Assembly: GCA_027494135.1 (NCBI GenBank)
Contig: JAOSJK010000023.1
Coordinates: 12,558 to 76,557 of the forward strand
Origin: Acidimicrobiia bacterium
GTDB lineage: Bacteria; Actinomycetota; Acidimicrobiia; IMCC26256; PALSA-610
Direction: 5' to 3'
DNA: 64,000 nucleotides
Below, one piece after another: positions 19,739 through 29,519 of this stretch. The position numbers and the translations under genes are program-made. The notes under the pieces are model-generated. The model ran no database searches, was not told the origin of the DNA, and saw only the letters and a program-made list of their open reading frames with translations. Positions within the stretch are counted from its first letter, which is position 1; each line of letters starts with the position of its first letter.

Positions 19739-20772
19739 TTGACCGAGAGACCGTTGATCGCGATCACCCAGGGTGACCCCTGCGGCATCGGCCCCGAGGT
19801 CGTGGCGCGAGCGCTCGGAGGGGGCCGGCCCTACGCGGTGGCGCGCCCGGTCGTGATTGGGTGTGTGGAGTCGATGGAGGCTGGTGTCGCGGTGGCGGGT
19901 GTCGACCTGAAGGTCCGCCGCATCTCGTCGCTCGACGGGGTGGGGATGGATCCGGGCCGTCTGGACGTCCTGGACGAGGGCCGGCTCGATCCGGGTCGTA
20001 TCCAGCCGGGCCGGGCCGTGGCGGAGTGCGGACGGGCGAACGGGGCGTGGCTCGCGACGGCTGCCGAGCTCTGTACGCGGGGAGACGCGGCCGGCACGGT
20101 GATGGCACCGGTCAACGCGGAAGCGCTCGTTCGGGGGGCGCAGCGGGGGAGATCCTCGGCACCGACGAGGCCTCCCGGTATCTGACGCTGCTCTCCGGGC
20201 CGCTCCGTGTCGTGCACGTCTTCGACCACGTTCTCCTGGAGGACGTCTGCCGCCGCCTGTCCCCGGAGCTCGTCCACCGCGCGGTGACGAAGACGCACGA
20301 ATCCCTCTCGCGATGGGGCATCGCGTTGCCGCGCATCGGCGTCTCGGGCCTGAACCCCCATGCGCAGGGTCCCCAGGAGAGCCGCGCGATCGCCCCCGGG
20401 ATCGAGCGGGCGCGCGCGGAGGGGATCGATGCTGCGGGTCCGATCGCGCCCGATACCGTCTTCCGGCACTGCATCGAGGGGCGCTACGACGTCGTGGTAG
20501 CCATGTGCCACGATCAGGGCCACATCGCGGTCAAGACCTGGGGCTTCGCCGGGAACTGCGCGCTCTTCCTGGGCGCACCGTACCTCTTCCTGAGTGTCGG
20601 GCACGGCACGGCCTTCGACATCGTGGGGCGTGGCGTGGCGGACGCGAGCATGATCCTCTCCGCCATCCTGCAGGCCGCGAGCCTGGCCAGCGGCAGCGGC
20701 TTCCTGAGCGATTTCCAGGACGTTGCGTCGGACTCCGGGACAGTCCGCGTCGCCGCGGCCGAGACGCCGTGA
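19739..20772 (+). CDS. PdxA-family NAD-dependent dehydrogenase (4-hydroxythreonine-4-P dehydrogenase / TphB-like), frame disrupted in G runs 20133-20149
   Basis: TTG at 19739 follows GGAGG (19729-19733). The ATG at 19700 overlaps the predicted -10. N-terminal part: LIAITQGDPCGIGPEV...APVNAEAL. C-terminal part in ORF 19861..20772: GLNPHAQG, MCHDQGHIAVK, SVGHGTAFDIVGRGVAD. Confidence 0.75.
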
Positions 20773-21395
20773 TCCTCGACCTCCACAACCACTCGGTCAA
20801 GTCCGACGACGCCCGGGCGCGGGTCGACAACTACTGTCGCTGGATCCGGTCCCGCGAGCTTCCGCTCGACGGGTTCGTGCTCACGGAGCACCGCCAGTTC
20901 GACGCTGAGTCCGACTACCGGTCGCTGGAGGACGACTTCGGCCTTCGGATCCTCAAAGGCGCCGAGGTCGAGACCGACTACGGCCACGTGCTGCTGTTTG
21001 GCGTGAACGAGGACCTGGTCGCGAGTTTCAATTTCGCGCGCGTCGACCTGCCGATCGAGACCGTACTGCGGAGCTCGGAGAGGTGCGGGGCGGTCGCGGT
21101 ACCGTGTCACCCGGGTCGGGCGCGGGTCGGGATGTTCGCGCACGTGAAGAAAGGGGGGCCCGTCGAGGGCGTGAGAATCGTCGAGGTCGAGAACGGAGGG
21201 AGTCGCGGGGACGAGGATGCACGCGCCAAGGAGTTCGCGGCGACCTTCGGTTACGCGGGCATCGGCGGGAGCGACTCGCACATCGTGAGCCACATCGGCC
21301 GTTGCGCGACGCGCTTCCTGCGCGAGATTCGCGATGAGGAGGATCTGGCCGCCGCCCTGCGCGACGGCGGCTTCGAGGCCCTGCGCTGGACCTGA
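20769..21395 (+). CDS. PHP-domain metal-dependent phosphoesterase-like protein
   Basis: GTG at 20769 overlaps the PdxA-like stop (GTGA). Motifs: VILDLHNHSVKSDD, TEH, GGSDSH. Confidence 0.65.
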   Translation: MILDLHNHSVKSDDARARVDNYCRWIRSRELPLDGFVLTEHRQFDAESDYRSLEDDFGLRILKGAEVETDYGHVLLFGVNEDLVASFNFARVDLPIETVLRSSERCGAVAVPCHPGRARVGMFAHVKKGGPVEGVRIVEVENGGSRGDEDARAKEFAATFGYAGIGGSDSHIVSHIGRCATRFLREIRDEEDLAAALRDGGFEALRWT

Positions 21396-21456
21396 CCGGG
21401 GCCGTGAGCCCGGCCTCGCATTCTCGCATCCGGAATCCGGGCCACTGCTCGCTTTG

Positions 21457-21470
21457 TTTCCGATCGGAAA
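21457..21470. promoter_or_regulatory. operator candidate, perfect palindrome TTTCCGATCGGAAA
   Basis: Lies in the intergenic gap 21396-21527, upstream of the SDR gene at 21528. TAAGCT (21476-21481) follows 5 nt downstream. Confidence 0.65.
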
Positions 21471-21527
21471 CACGCTAAGCTGATCGACATTCGAAGGCTC
21501 GAGGGGACTCCCGCACGGAGGTGGGTC

Positions 21528-22439
21528 ATGGCAGGGATCTGCGAGGGACGGGTCGTCATCGTCACGGGTGCGGGTCGCGGCATCGGTCGCGAGCACGCGC
21601 TCGAGTTCGCGCGCCAGGGCGCCCGGGTGGTGGTCAACGATCTGGGCGGCGAGGTCGACGGCAGCGGCGCCTCCGCCACGCCGGCCGAGGAGGTCGCTGC
21701 CGAGATCCGCGAGCTCGGAGGTGAAGCCATCGTGAACGGTGATGACGTCGCCGACTTCGAGGGGGCGGAGCGCATGGTCCGCTCCGCGATCGACGCCTTC
21801 GGTGGCCTCGACGTGCTGGTCTGCAACGCCGGGATCCTCCGCGACCGCATGCTCGTCAACATGACGGAGGCGGAGTGGGACGACGTGATCCGTGTCCACC
21901 TGAAGGGCACGTTCGCGCCCGCCCGCCACGCCGCCGCCTGGTGGCGCGATCGGTCGAAGTCGGGGCAGCCCGTGGACGCGCGCATCATCAACACGAGTTC
22001 CGCGTCGGGGCTGTTCGGAAACGTCGGCCAGACGAACTACGCAGCGGCGAAGGCGGGCATTGCGGCCTTCACGATCGTTCTCGCCAAGGAGCTCGAGCGC
22101 TACGGCGTCGGCGTGAACTGCATCGCTCCCGGGGCGCGGACGCGCATGACGGCCCCGCTCGGCTTCGGAGACGGAGAGCGGGAGCAGGGCGCGTTCGACG
22201 CGAGCGCACCCGACAACATCGCGCCGCTCGTCGTCTGGCTGGGGAGCGAGGAGTCGCGAGGGATCACCGGACGTGTCTTCGAGGTGATGGGCGGGCGGAT
22301 CGGCGTCGCCGATGGCTGGAGTCGGGGACCCGACGCGCGCCGCGACGCGCGCTGGGATCCCGCAGAGCTCGGCTCCGTGCTCCGCGACCTGGTGGCCAAG
22401 GCGGCCGAGCCCGAAGCGATCTTCCCCCCGAGTTCGTAG
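21528..22439 (+). CDS. SDR, MFE-2/Hsd4A-type 3-hydroxyacyl-CoA dehydrogenase-like
   Basis: 303-aa ORF with GRVVIVTGAGRGIGR, VNDLGG, NAGILRD, NYAAAKAG. Confidence 0.8.
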   Translation: MAGICEGRVVIVTGAGRGIGREHALEFARQGARVVVNDLGGEVDGSGASATPAEEVAAEIRELGGEAIVNGDDVADFEGAERMVRSAIDAFGGLDVLVCNAGILRDRMLVNMTEAEWDDVIRVHLKGTFAPARHAAAWWRDRSKSGQPVDARIINTSSASGLFGNVGQTNYAAAKAGIAAFTIVLAKELERYGVGVNCIAPGARTRMTAPLGFGDGEREQGAFDASAPDNIAPLVVWLGSEESRGITGRVFEVMGGRIGVADGWSRGPDARRDARWDPAELGSVLRDLVAKAAEPEAIFPPSS

Positions 22440-22453
22440 GCCAGGTAGAGGGA

Positions 22454-23476
22454 GTGCTTCCGGTCGAACGCTACGGTCGCTACGTGCGAATCCCGACGCC
22501 CACGGGGTTCGCGGTCGGGGACGTCAACACCTACGCCATCCTGCCGAGTAGAGGAGCGCCGGGCCCCGTCCTGGTCGACACCGGGGTGCGCAGCGACGAG
22601 GCCTGGGAGGCACTCCGAGCGGGATTGCGCCGGTACGGGTTCGACGTGGCGGACATCCAGCTCGTTCTCCTGACGCACGCACACCCGGATCACTTCGGGC
22701 AGGCCGCGAGGATCCGTCGCGAGGCGGGCTGCGAGGTGTGGATCCACGAAGCGGGCGAGCGATCGCTGCGCCGCTACACCGAGGAGCTCGCGGGCGAGCC
22801 TCTCGAGGTGGCTCGGCAGCACATGCGTGCCTGGGGCGTGCCCGAGGAGCGGACCTCGGACGTACGGGGACCCGAGCGAGCCAGGGACGTCGTCGAGCCC
22901 CTCGTGCCCGACCGCTGGCTCCGCGACGAGGAGGTCGTCGAGCTGGCGGACGTGCGCCTGCGCGTCATCCACACACCCGGCCACTGCCCGGACCACATCG
23001 TCTACGTCGACGAGCAGCGGCGCGTCGCGCTCTCCGGCGACCACCTGCTGCCGGACATCACCCCGGTATGTCTCCTCCAGCTTCCCACGCGAAGGGACGG
23101 TGAGCGCCCGAGCAGCTTGATGCAGTACTGCAATTCGCTGGAGAAGGCGGAGGCGATGAAGGCCGACCTCGTGCTCCCGAGCCACGGGGACGTCGTCCGG
23201 GATCATTACTCGTTGATCGCGAGCTACCGGACCCGCATGGACGAGCGCAGGGACGCCGTCCTCTCGGCCTTCGCAGGAGGCGAGGCCACCGCCTATGAGC
23301 TGGGTCGCCGTCTCTTCGCCGACGCGATCGACGACCAGCTCTTCCTGGTGCTTTCCGAGATCGTGGGCCACCTCGACGTCTTGGAGGCCGAGGGGATGCT
23401 CGAGACGCGTTCCGTCGCCGGGCGGACGCTGTTCCGCCCCATGAAATCGAGCGAGCTGGCCCTCGCGGGTGCTTGA
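22454..23476 (+). CDS. MBL-fold metallo-hydrolase
   Basis: GTG at 22454 after a gagggag RBS, in frame with ORF 21875..23476. Motifs: LLTHAHPDHFG, HTPGHCPDH. Confidence 0.8.
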   Translation: MLPVERYGRYVRIPTPTGFAVGDVNTYAILPSRGAPGPVLVDTGVRSDEAWEALRAGLRRYGFDVADIQLVLLTHAHPDHFGQAARIRREAGCEVWIHEAGERSLRRYTEELAGEPLEVARQHMRAWGVPEERTSDVRGPERARDVVEPLVPDRWLRDEEVVELADVRLRVIHTPGHCPDHIVYVDEQRRVALSGDHLLPDITPVCLLQLPTRRDGERPSSLMQYCNSLEKAEAMKADLVLPSHGDVVRDHYSLIASYRTRMDERRDAVLSAFAGGEATAYELGRRLFADAIDDQLFLVLSEIVGHLDVLEAEGMLETRSVAGRTLFRPMKSSELALAGA

Positions 23477-23492
23477 CGGACTGGAGGTCCCC

Positions 23493-24968
23493 ATGTCCGA
23501 CTGGAGAGGCGAGTACCAGAAGAGGCTCTCGACGGCCGAGGAGGCCGTCGCGCGGGTACGTCCGGGGGATGTGGTCAACGTCCCCATCTTTCCGCCACGT
23601 GCGCTGTGCGACGCCCTGTGGAGCCGGCGTGGGGAGCTCGACGGCGAGGCCGTCCGCCTCCAGCTCAATGCCTCGACCCACGATCCGGGCTGGCTGAGCG
23701 CCACCCCCAACGCGCTGCCCTTCGAGCTCGACTTCGAGATCTTCGTGGGCGACTTCGCCCGCCCGGCGCACGACGAGCGTCGGGGGCAGTATCTCCCGAA
23801 TCTCTTCTCGACCTGCTTCAAGCCCGGGGACGAGAGGTGCGCGGGGCACCGCTCCCCGAACGTCGCGGTCGTCGTATGCTCGGAGCCGAATGACGAGGGC
23901 TTCGTCCACTTCGGGGCTCACCACTGGACGAAGCGCAGTCTCGTTCGCCGCGCGGACCTCGTCCTGGCCGAGGTGCACCGGGATCTGCTTCCGGTGCGCG
24001 GCGATGTCTTCGCGCATGTGAGCGAGTTCGACGCACTCATCGAGATGGAGCCGGTGAGGATCGGGCCGTCCGAGATCGAGGACCTCCTGGAGAAGCTCCC
24101 GGAGGATCGCAGGGAGAAGATGGCCGACCTGATTCCGCGGATTCCCCGTGACCGACTCGCTGGCGTATTCCCGCTGCTACCGGCGCTCGAACCCGGAACG
24201 GTGGAACGGGCGCTCGGCCTGGGCGAGCCGCCGGAGAGCTATCGCGCGATCGCGGGCTACCTGTCGGAGGTCGTGCAGGACGGGGATTGCATCCAGATCG
24301 GTGTGGGAGAGCCATCGAGCACGATGGTCCGACTCGGCGCCTTCGACGGCAAGCACGACCTGGGGGTGCACACGGAGCTGCTCGCACCGGGAACGGCGCA
24401 ACTGGTCGAGGCGGGCATCGTGACGGGCCGCCGCAAGAACCAGTTCCCGGGCCAGGTCGTGGCGACGGCGTGGACTGGCGGAAGCAACGAGGACTTCGAG
24501 ATCATCGCCGACAATCCCACGTTTCAGCTGTTCGACCCGGAAGTCATCCTCCAGATCGCCTGCATCGCCGCGAACGACAACCAGCTCTCGATCAACAACG
24601 CGCTCTCGATCGACTTGATTGGGCAGATCAACTCCGAGACCGTGCTTGGCTCGAGGCTCATCAACGGCACCGGCGGGCAGCCGGAGAATCACATCGGCGC
24701 CTTCCTCTCGAAAGGCGGCCGCGCCGTGACGCTGCTCCCTTCGACGGCGCTCGACGGTGTCGTTTCGCGCATCGTTCCCGAGCTCGACGCCGGCTCCATC
24801 GTCACGATCCCCCGCTTCTTCGCGGACATCGTCATCACGGAGTTCGGGATCGCCAGGCTGCTCGGCAAGAACCACAAGGAGCGCGCCGCGGAGCTCATCG
24901 CGGTGGCACACCCGGACTTCCGCGGGGATCTGAAGAAGGCAGCGGAGCAGCGCTTCGGATCACTGTGA
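23493..24968 (+). CDS. acetyl-CoA hydrolase/transferase-family CoA-transferase
   Basis: ATG at 23493 after GGAGG, within ORF 23469..24968. The length (about 490 aa), QIGVGEPSS and the C-terminal DIVITEFGIA pattern fit the family. Confidence 0.7.
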   Translation: MSDWRGEYQKRLSTAEEAVARVRPGDVVNVPIFPPRALCDALWSRRGELDGEAVRLQLNASTHDPGWLSATPNALPFELDFEIFVGDFARPAHDERRGQYLPNLFSTCFKPGDERCAGHRSPNVAVVVCSEPNDEGFVHFGAHHWTKRSLVRRADLVLAEVHRDLLPVRGDVFAHVSEFDALIEMEPVRIGPSEIEDLLEKLPEDRREKMADLIPRIPRDRLAGVFPLLPALEPGTVERALGLGEPPESYRAIAGYLSEVVQDGDCIQIGVGEPSSTMVRLGAFDGKHDLGVHTELLAPGTAQLVEAGIVTGRRKNQFPGQVVATAWTGGSNEDFEIIADNPTFQLFDPEVILQIACIAANDNQLSINNALSIDLIGQINSETVLGSRLINGTGGQPENHIGAFLSKGGRAVTLLPSTALDGVVSRIVPELDAGSIVTIPRFFADIVITEFGIARLLGKNHKERAAELIAVAHPDFRGDLKKAAEQRFGSL

Positions 24969-24982
24969 GAAGGAGAAGAGAG

Positions 24983-25462
24983 ATGGGAGGACGCATGACT
25001 GACGGGGTGACGCCGGGCGTGAAGGCTCCGAAATGGCTCGACGCGTACGATTCGGAGGTCGCAGACAGCTTCCTCGCGACGAACGAGAAGATGACGGGGC
25101 TTCCCGCGTTCCTCGGCGTACGCTTCGTGGAGTTCGCCCCGGGTCGGCTGTGTGCGGAGATGCTGGTGAAGCCCGAGCTGTTGACGCCGTTCGGCAACAT
25201 GCACGGCGGCGTGCTGTCGGCCGTCGTCGACCACGTCCTCGGCTGCGTCTGCTATCCGCACATGAAGCGTGGACAATGGGCAGCGACGACCGAGTTCAAG
25301 ATCAACCTGCTCGCCCCGGTCAGCAAGGGCACCGTTCGAGTCGAGGCGGAGATCGTTTCGCTCACGCGTTCGACCGCGGTGGTTCGCATTGGCCTCGAGA
25401 ACGAGGGGCGAGCCGTGGGTGTGGCCCAGGGAACCGTACTGATCCGCGATCCGAGGGGCTGA
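24983..25462 (+). CDS. PaaI-family hot-dog thioesterase
   Basis: ATG at 24983 or 24995, both with an RBS. Motifs: NMHGGVLSAVVDHVLG, TTEFKINLL. Confidence 0.8.
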   Translation: MGGRMTDGVTPGVKAPKWLDAYDSEVADSFLATNEKMTGLPAFLGVRFVEFAPGRLCAEMLVKPELLTPFGNMHGGVLSAVVDHVLGCVCYPHMKRGQWAATTEFKINLLAPVSKGTVRVEAEIVSLTRSTAVVRIGLENEGRAVGVAQGTVLIRDPRG

Positions 25463-25542
25463 AGGGACACCAGCACCCCAGGCGACAGCAGGAAGACGAT
25501 GTCATCGGCGGGCGCGAATCGGCGACGCCAGCGGGAGGAGAC

Positions 25543-25905
25543 ATGACCGACGACGAGCGGCTGCGCTTCGCGCGCGCGATCACCGAGGCGCTTCCCGCGC
25601 CGCAGGAGATTCGTGACGACTGGGGGCTCTTCATCGTGGACACGGTGTTGCCCAACGGCGTCTGGGCGCGACCGGGTCTTCCGGTCCGTGATCGCAGCCT
25701 CATCACGATTGCGGCCCTGGCCGCCCTTCACCGACCCAACGAGCTGCGCATCCACCTGGGTCGAGGTCTGGACAACGGACTCTCGCGGTCAGAGATCAGC
25801 GAGCTGATCATGCACATGGCGATCTACGGAGGATTCCCCGTCGCCGTCGAGGCAATGCGAATCGCGCGAGAGGTCTTCGACGAACGGGACGCCGCCGGCG
25901 GCTGA
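25543..25905 (+). CDS. carboxymuconolactone decarboxylase (AhpD-like) family protein
   Basis: ATG at 25543 after gggaggag. Motifs: RDRSLITIAALAAL, EISELIMHMAIYGGFP. Confidence 0.75.
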   Translation: MTDDERLRFARAITEALPAPQEIRDDWGLFIVDTVLPNGVWARPGLPVRDRSLITIAALAALHRPNELRIHLGRGLDNGLSRSEISELIMHMAIYGGFPVAVEAMRIAREVFDERDAAGG

Positions 25906-25953
25906 GCCTCCCACGGGTCTGCATTCCCACCCGGCGGCTCGATGGAGACTCGA

Positions 25954-27039
25954 TCAAGCCGCGACCCAGCCCTGGATCACGCCAGCGCGCTCGCGGACCT
26001 GCTCGGGGGTTCCGAGCAGGCTCCGCGCGACGCCCACCCGCTTGAAGAACAGCTGGGCGTCGCATTCCTCGGTGAAGCCGATGCCGCCGTGGACCTCGGT
26101 CGCGGTACGGACGACGAAACGTCCGACTTCTGACAGGTGGGCCTTCGCGTGGGCAGCCACGAGCGAGGCCTCCTCGGGAACCGCGTCGAAAGCGTGGGCG
26201 GCGTACCAGAGCAGCGAGCGCGCCGGTTCCAGCTCGGCGGCCATCTCGGCGCAGAGGTGCTTGACGGCCTGGAAGGAGCCGATCACGCGGTCGAACTGCT
26301 TGCGTTCGCCGGCGTAGGCCACGGCGAGGTCGAACGCTCGCTGGGAGGCCCCGAGCATGTCAGCGGCGAGGACGACGCGACCCGCATCGATCAGCAAGTC
26401 GACGAGACCTTCATGGCCCTCGAGCCAGCCATCGACCGGAACGCTCTCGAGCTGGAGCTCGGAGAAGCGTCTGGTTGCGTCGATGGTGTGGAGGGGTTCG
26501 ATCGACAGTCCCGGGGCGTCGCGCGATACCAGGGCGACGCGCGCGTCGTCGGTGGCGACGAGGAATCCCGCGGCGGCCGTGGAGTCGATCGCGAACAGCG
26601 CCTTGCCATGGAGGCGCCGCCGTCTGGCCCGGATGCCCGCGCCTTCCCTCCGCGAGACGTGCCCACCCACCGCGACGCCCAGACCCGCGTCGCCCCGAGC
26701 GATCCGCGGGAGCCAGACCCGCTTCTGCTCCTCGCTGCCGCCGTGCGCGAGCGCGACGCTCGCCATGGAGGCCGAGAGGAAGGGGACGGGCGCGCAGTGG
26801 TAGCCGAAGGCCTCCGCTGCTACGACGGCGTCGAGCATTCCGAGCCCGATTCCGCCGTACTCCTCGGGCACCAGGATGCCCGCCATGCCCAGCTCGGCGG
26901 CGCCCCTCCAGGTCACGGCATCGTGACCCTCGTCCGAGGCCGCGATCTCGCGCACGCGCGCCGGAGATATGGATACCTCCAGATAGCGCCCCAGCGTCTG
27001 TGCCAGCAGGCGTTGCTCTTCGGAGAGTCCGAAGTCCAT
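25954..27039 (-). CDS. acyl-CoA dehydrogenase, beta-type subunit
   Basis: ORF 25954..27870 trimmed to the ATG at 27039 (MDFGLSEEQRLL...). The start overlaps the stop of 27039-28247 by 1 nt. Motif: VHGGIGFTEECDAQLFFKR. Confidence 0.85.
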   Translation of the reverse strand: MDFGLSEEQRLLAQTLGRYLEVSISPARVREIAASDEGHDAVTWRGAAELGMAGILVPEEYGGIGLGMLDAVVAAEAFGYHCAPVPFLSASMASVALAHGGSEEQKRVWLPRIARGDAGLGVAVGGHVSRREGAGIRARRRRLHGKALFAIDSTAAAGFLVATDDARVALVSRDAPGLSIEPLHTIDATRRFSELQLESVPVDGWLEGHEGLVDLLIDAGRVVLAADMLGASQRAFDLAVAYAGERKQFDRVIGSFQAVKHLCAEMAAELEPARSLLWYAAHAFDAVPEEASLVAAHAKAHLSEVGRFVVRTATEVHGGIGFTEECDAQLFFKRVGVARSLLGTPEQVRERAGVIQGWVAA

Positions 27040-28247
27040 CAGCCAAGCTCCGTCTTCGGCTTGGGCTCGCGCGGCATGCCGAGCCCGCGCTCGGAGATGA
27101 TGTTCTTCTGGATCTGGGCCGTGCCGCCGCCGATGATCAGGCCCAACGAGAACATGTGCTGGAACTGCCAGGCGCCGCCGTCGCGCAGGTGCCTGGAGCC
27201 CCGGTAGAGACTCCCGAGCTCGCCCATCACGTCGAGGGCAAGGGCCGCGATCTGGTGGCTCAGCTCGCAGCCGGTGAGCTTGACTACGAGCCCCGCCACG
27301 CCCGCCGAATCCCCGCGGAGGTTGCAGGTCAGAAGCCGCATCGAGTGGTAGCGGGCCGCCAGCACACGGGCCTGGAGTTGGAGCAGGCGATCCCGGTAGA
27401 TCGGGTTGTCGATCGCCCGGACCCCGTCTTCGGTCTCCCGTTCCATCAGTCGGACGAGCCGCTGCAGGGACGCTTCGAGCTGGCCGCTGCTCCCGAGCAT
27501 GTTCCGCTCGTGCTTGAGCGTGGTGTTCGCGATCTTCCAGCCCTCGCCGCGCCGCCCGACGACGTTCGCCTGGGGCACGCGCACCCCACTCAGGAACACC
27601 TGATTGAACTCGGCACCGCCGGTCATGGTGCGAAGGGGGCTCACCTCGATACCCGATGTGTCCATCGGGATGAGCACGTAGCTGATCCCGGCGTGCTTCG
27701 GAGCGTCGGGCTCCGTGCGGACGAGGCAGAACATCATGTCTGCGAAATGGGCCGAGCTGGTCCAGATCTTCTGGCCGTCGATCAGGAAGTCGGCGCCCTC
27801 CTCTCGCGCGCGGGTCTGGAGGCTCGCGAGATCGCTGCCGGATCCGGGCTCCGAGTAGCCCTGGCACCACACCACCTCACCGCGGATGGTGGGGCCGATC
27901 CAGGTGCGCTTCTGCTCCTCGGTGCCGTGCTCGAGCAGCGTCGGCACGAGCATGTCCGGTCCCTGGCCGCGCACGCCCGGAGAGGCGCCGGCGCGGGCGA
28001 ACTCCTCGTCCAGGATCACCCGCTTCAGCAGGTCCGGCTCGCCTCCGTAGCCGCCGTACTCCCTGGGAATCGTGCGCGCGGCGTATCCGCGCTCGATGAG
28101 CAGCTGCTGCCATTCCCGCGCGCGATCGCTGGGGGGGCCCATTCCCATCCCCATGCCGCCGCCGCGGGCCAGCTCCGCGTGCTCCGCGAGGAACTTGCGG
28201 ACCTCCTGGCGGAAGGCCTCGTACTCGGGTCCGTAGGAGAGGTCCAC
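27039..28247 (-). CDS. acyl-CoA dehydrogenase, alpha-type subunit
   Basis: 402-aa ORF with CQGYSEPGSGSDLASL and IGGGTAQIQKNIISERGLGMP. Confidence 0.9.
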   Translation of the reverse strand: MDLSYGPEYEAFRQEVRKFLAEHAELARGGGMGMGMGPPSDRAREWQQLLIERGYAARTIPREYGGYGGEPDLLKRVILDEEFARAGASPGVRGQGPDMLVPTLLEHGTEEQKRTWIGPTIRGEVVWCQGYSEPGSGSDLASLQTRAREEGADFLIDGQKIWTSSAHFADMMFCLVRTEPDAPKHAGISYVLIPMDTSGIEVSPLRTMTGGAEFNQVFLSGVRVPQANVVGRRGEGWKIANTTLKHERNMLGSSGQLEASLQRLVRLMERETEDGVRAIDNPIYRDRLLQLQARVLAARYHSMRLLTCNLRGDSAGVAGLVVKLTGCELSHQIAALALDVMGELGSLYRGSRHLRDGGAWQFQHMFSLGLIIGGGTAQIQKNIISERGLGMPREPKPKTELG

Positions 28248-28262
28248 GATTCACCTCCTCGG

Positions 28263-29510
28263 TCAGCCCTGTGAGCCGGTGGGCACGTCGCGGAAGGCGA
28301 GTTCCTTGTCGACACGCGGCTCCGGGGGCAGGCGGAGTACCCGCTCTGCGATGATGTTGCGCAGGATCTCATCGGTGCCGCCTGCGATCCGCATACCCGG
28401 CGCCCAGAGATAGGCCTCCTGCCAGGCGGCGTCCTGAACGGCGAGACTCGGGTCGAGGGTGCCGCCGGCCAGGCCCTGGAGCTCGAGTGCCAGGCTCGCC
28501 ATGTCCTGGCGCATCTTCGCCGCGACCAGCTTTCCGATCGACCCCTCCGGCCCGGGGGTCTGCCCGCGCGAGAGGGCGGTCAGTGTGCGGTAGGAGGTGA
28601 ACTGGAGGCCCTTCGTGCGGACGTAGTAGTCGGCGATGCGCTCCCGGATCCCTGCGTTCTCGAGCAGCGGTCCCCGCTCGTCCCGGACCTCGCGGGCGAG
28701 CGCGATCAGGTCCTTCACGCCGCCGCCTCCACCGATCCCACCGCTTCCGATGGAGGCGCGCTCGTTCATGAGCGTGGTGATGGCGACGGCCCAGCCGTTG
28801 CCGACCTCGGAGATGCGGTTGGCGTCGGGAATGCGCGCGTCGGTGAAGAAGACCTCGTTGAAGTTCGCTCCGCCGCTGATCTGCCGGATCTGACGCGCCT
28901 CGACGCCGGTGCTCTCCATGTCGACCACGAAGTAGCTGAGCCCCGCATGCTTCGGCACGTTCGGATCGGTGCGCGCAACCAGGATTCCCCACTTGCAGTA
29001 GTGGGCGCCCGAAGTCCAGATCTTCTGCCCGTTGACGACCCAGTCGTCGCCGTCCCGTTCGGCCCGCGTCCGCAGGCCGGCGAGGTCCGAGCCGGCGGCG
29101 GGCTCGCTGAAGAGCTGGCACCAGATCTCCTCTCCGCGCAGCATCTTCGGCAGCCATCGCTGCTGCTGCACGTCGCTGCCGTGCGCCATGAGGGTCGGAC
29201 CCGCCATGCCGAGTCCGATCCCGAAGACGTTCGGGGGAACGCGGAACTTCCCCTCCTCCTGCCCCCAGATCACGCTCTGGATCGGGGATCCACCCCGCCC
29301 GCCGTAGGCCTCGGGCCAGGTGATGCAGGCCCAGCCCGCATCCGCCTTCTTCGCCTGCCAGGCCTGCGCGGCGCGGATCGTGTCCGGGTCGTCGCTCTCG
29401 CCGAGACCGGGGTTCGTCTCGCCGGGCTCCAGGGGCGATGCGTTCGCCTCGAGCCAGCTGCGGGCCTCGGCTCGGAACGCTGCTTCTTCACGCGTGTCGT
29501 CGAAATCCAT
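28263..29510 (-). CDS. acyl-CoA dehydrogenase, alpha-type subunit
   Basis: 415-aa ORF with CQLFSEPAAGSDLAGL and IAGGTDEILRNIIAERVLRLP. Confidence 0.9.
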   Translation of the reverse strand: MDFDDTREEAAFRAEARSWLEANASPLEPGETNPGLGESDDPDTIRAAQAWQAKKADAGWACITWPEAYGGRGGSPIQSVIWGQEEGKFRVPPNVFGIGLGMAGPTLMAHGSDVQQQRWLPKMLRGEEIWCQLFSEPAAGSDLAGLRTRAERDGDDWVVNGQKIWTSGAHYCKWGILVARTDPNVPKHAGLSYFVVDMESTGVEARQIRQISGGANFNEVFFTDARIPDANRISEVGNGWAVAITTLMNERASIGSGGIGGGGGVKDLIALAREVRDERGPLLENAGIRERIADYYVRTKGLQFTSYRTLTALSRGQTPGPEGSIGKLVAAKMRQDMASLALELQGLAGGTLDPSLAVQDAAWQEAYLWAPGMRIAGGTDEILRNIIAERVLRLPPEPRVDKELAFRDVPTGSQG

Positions 29511-29519
29511 GTCTCTTCC

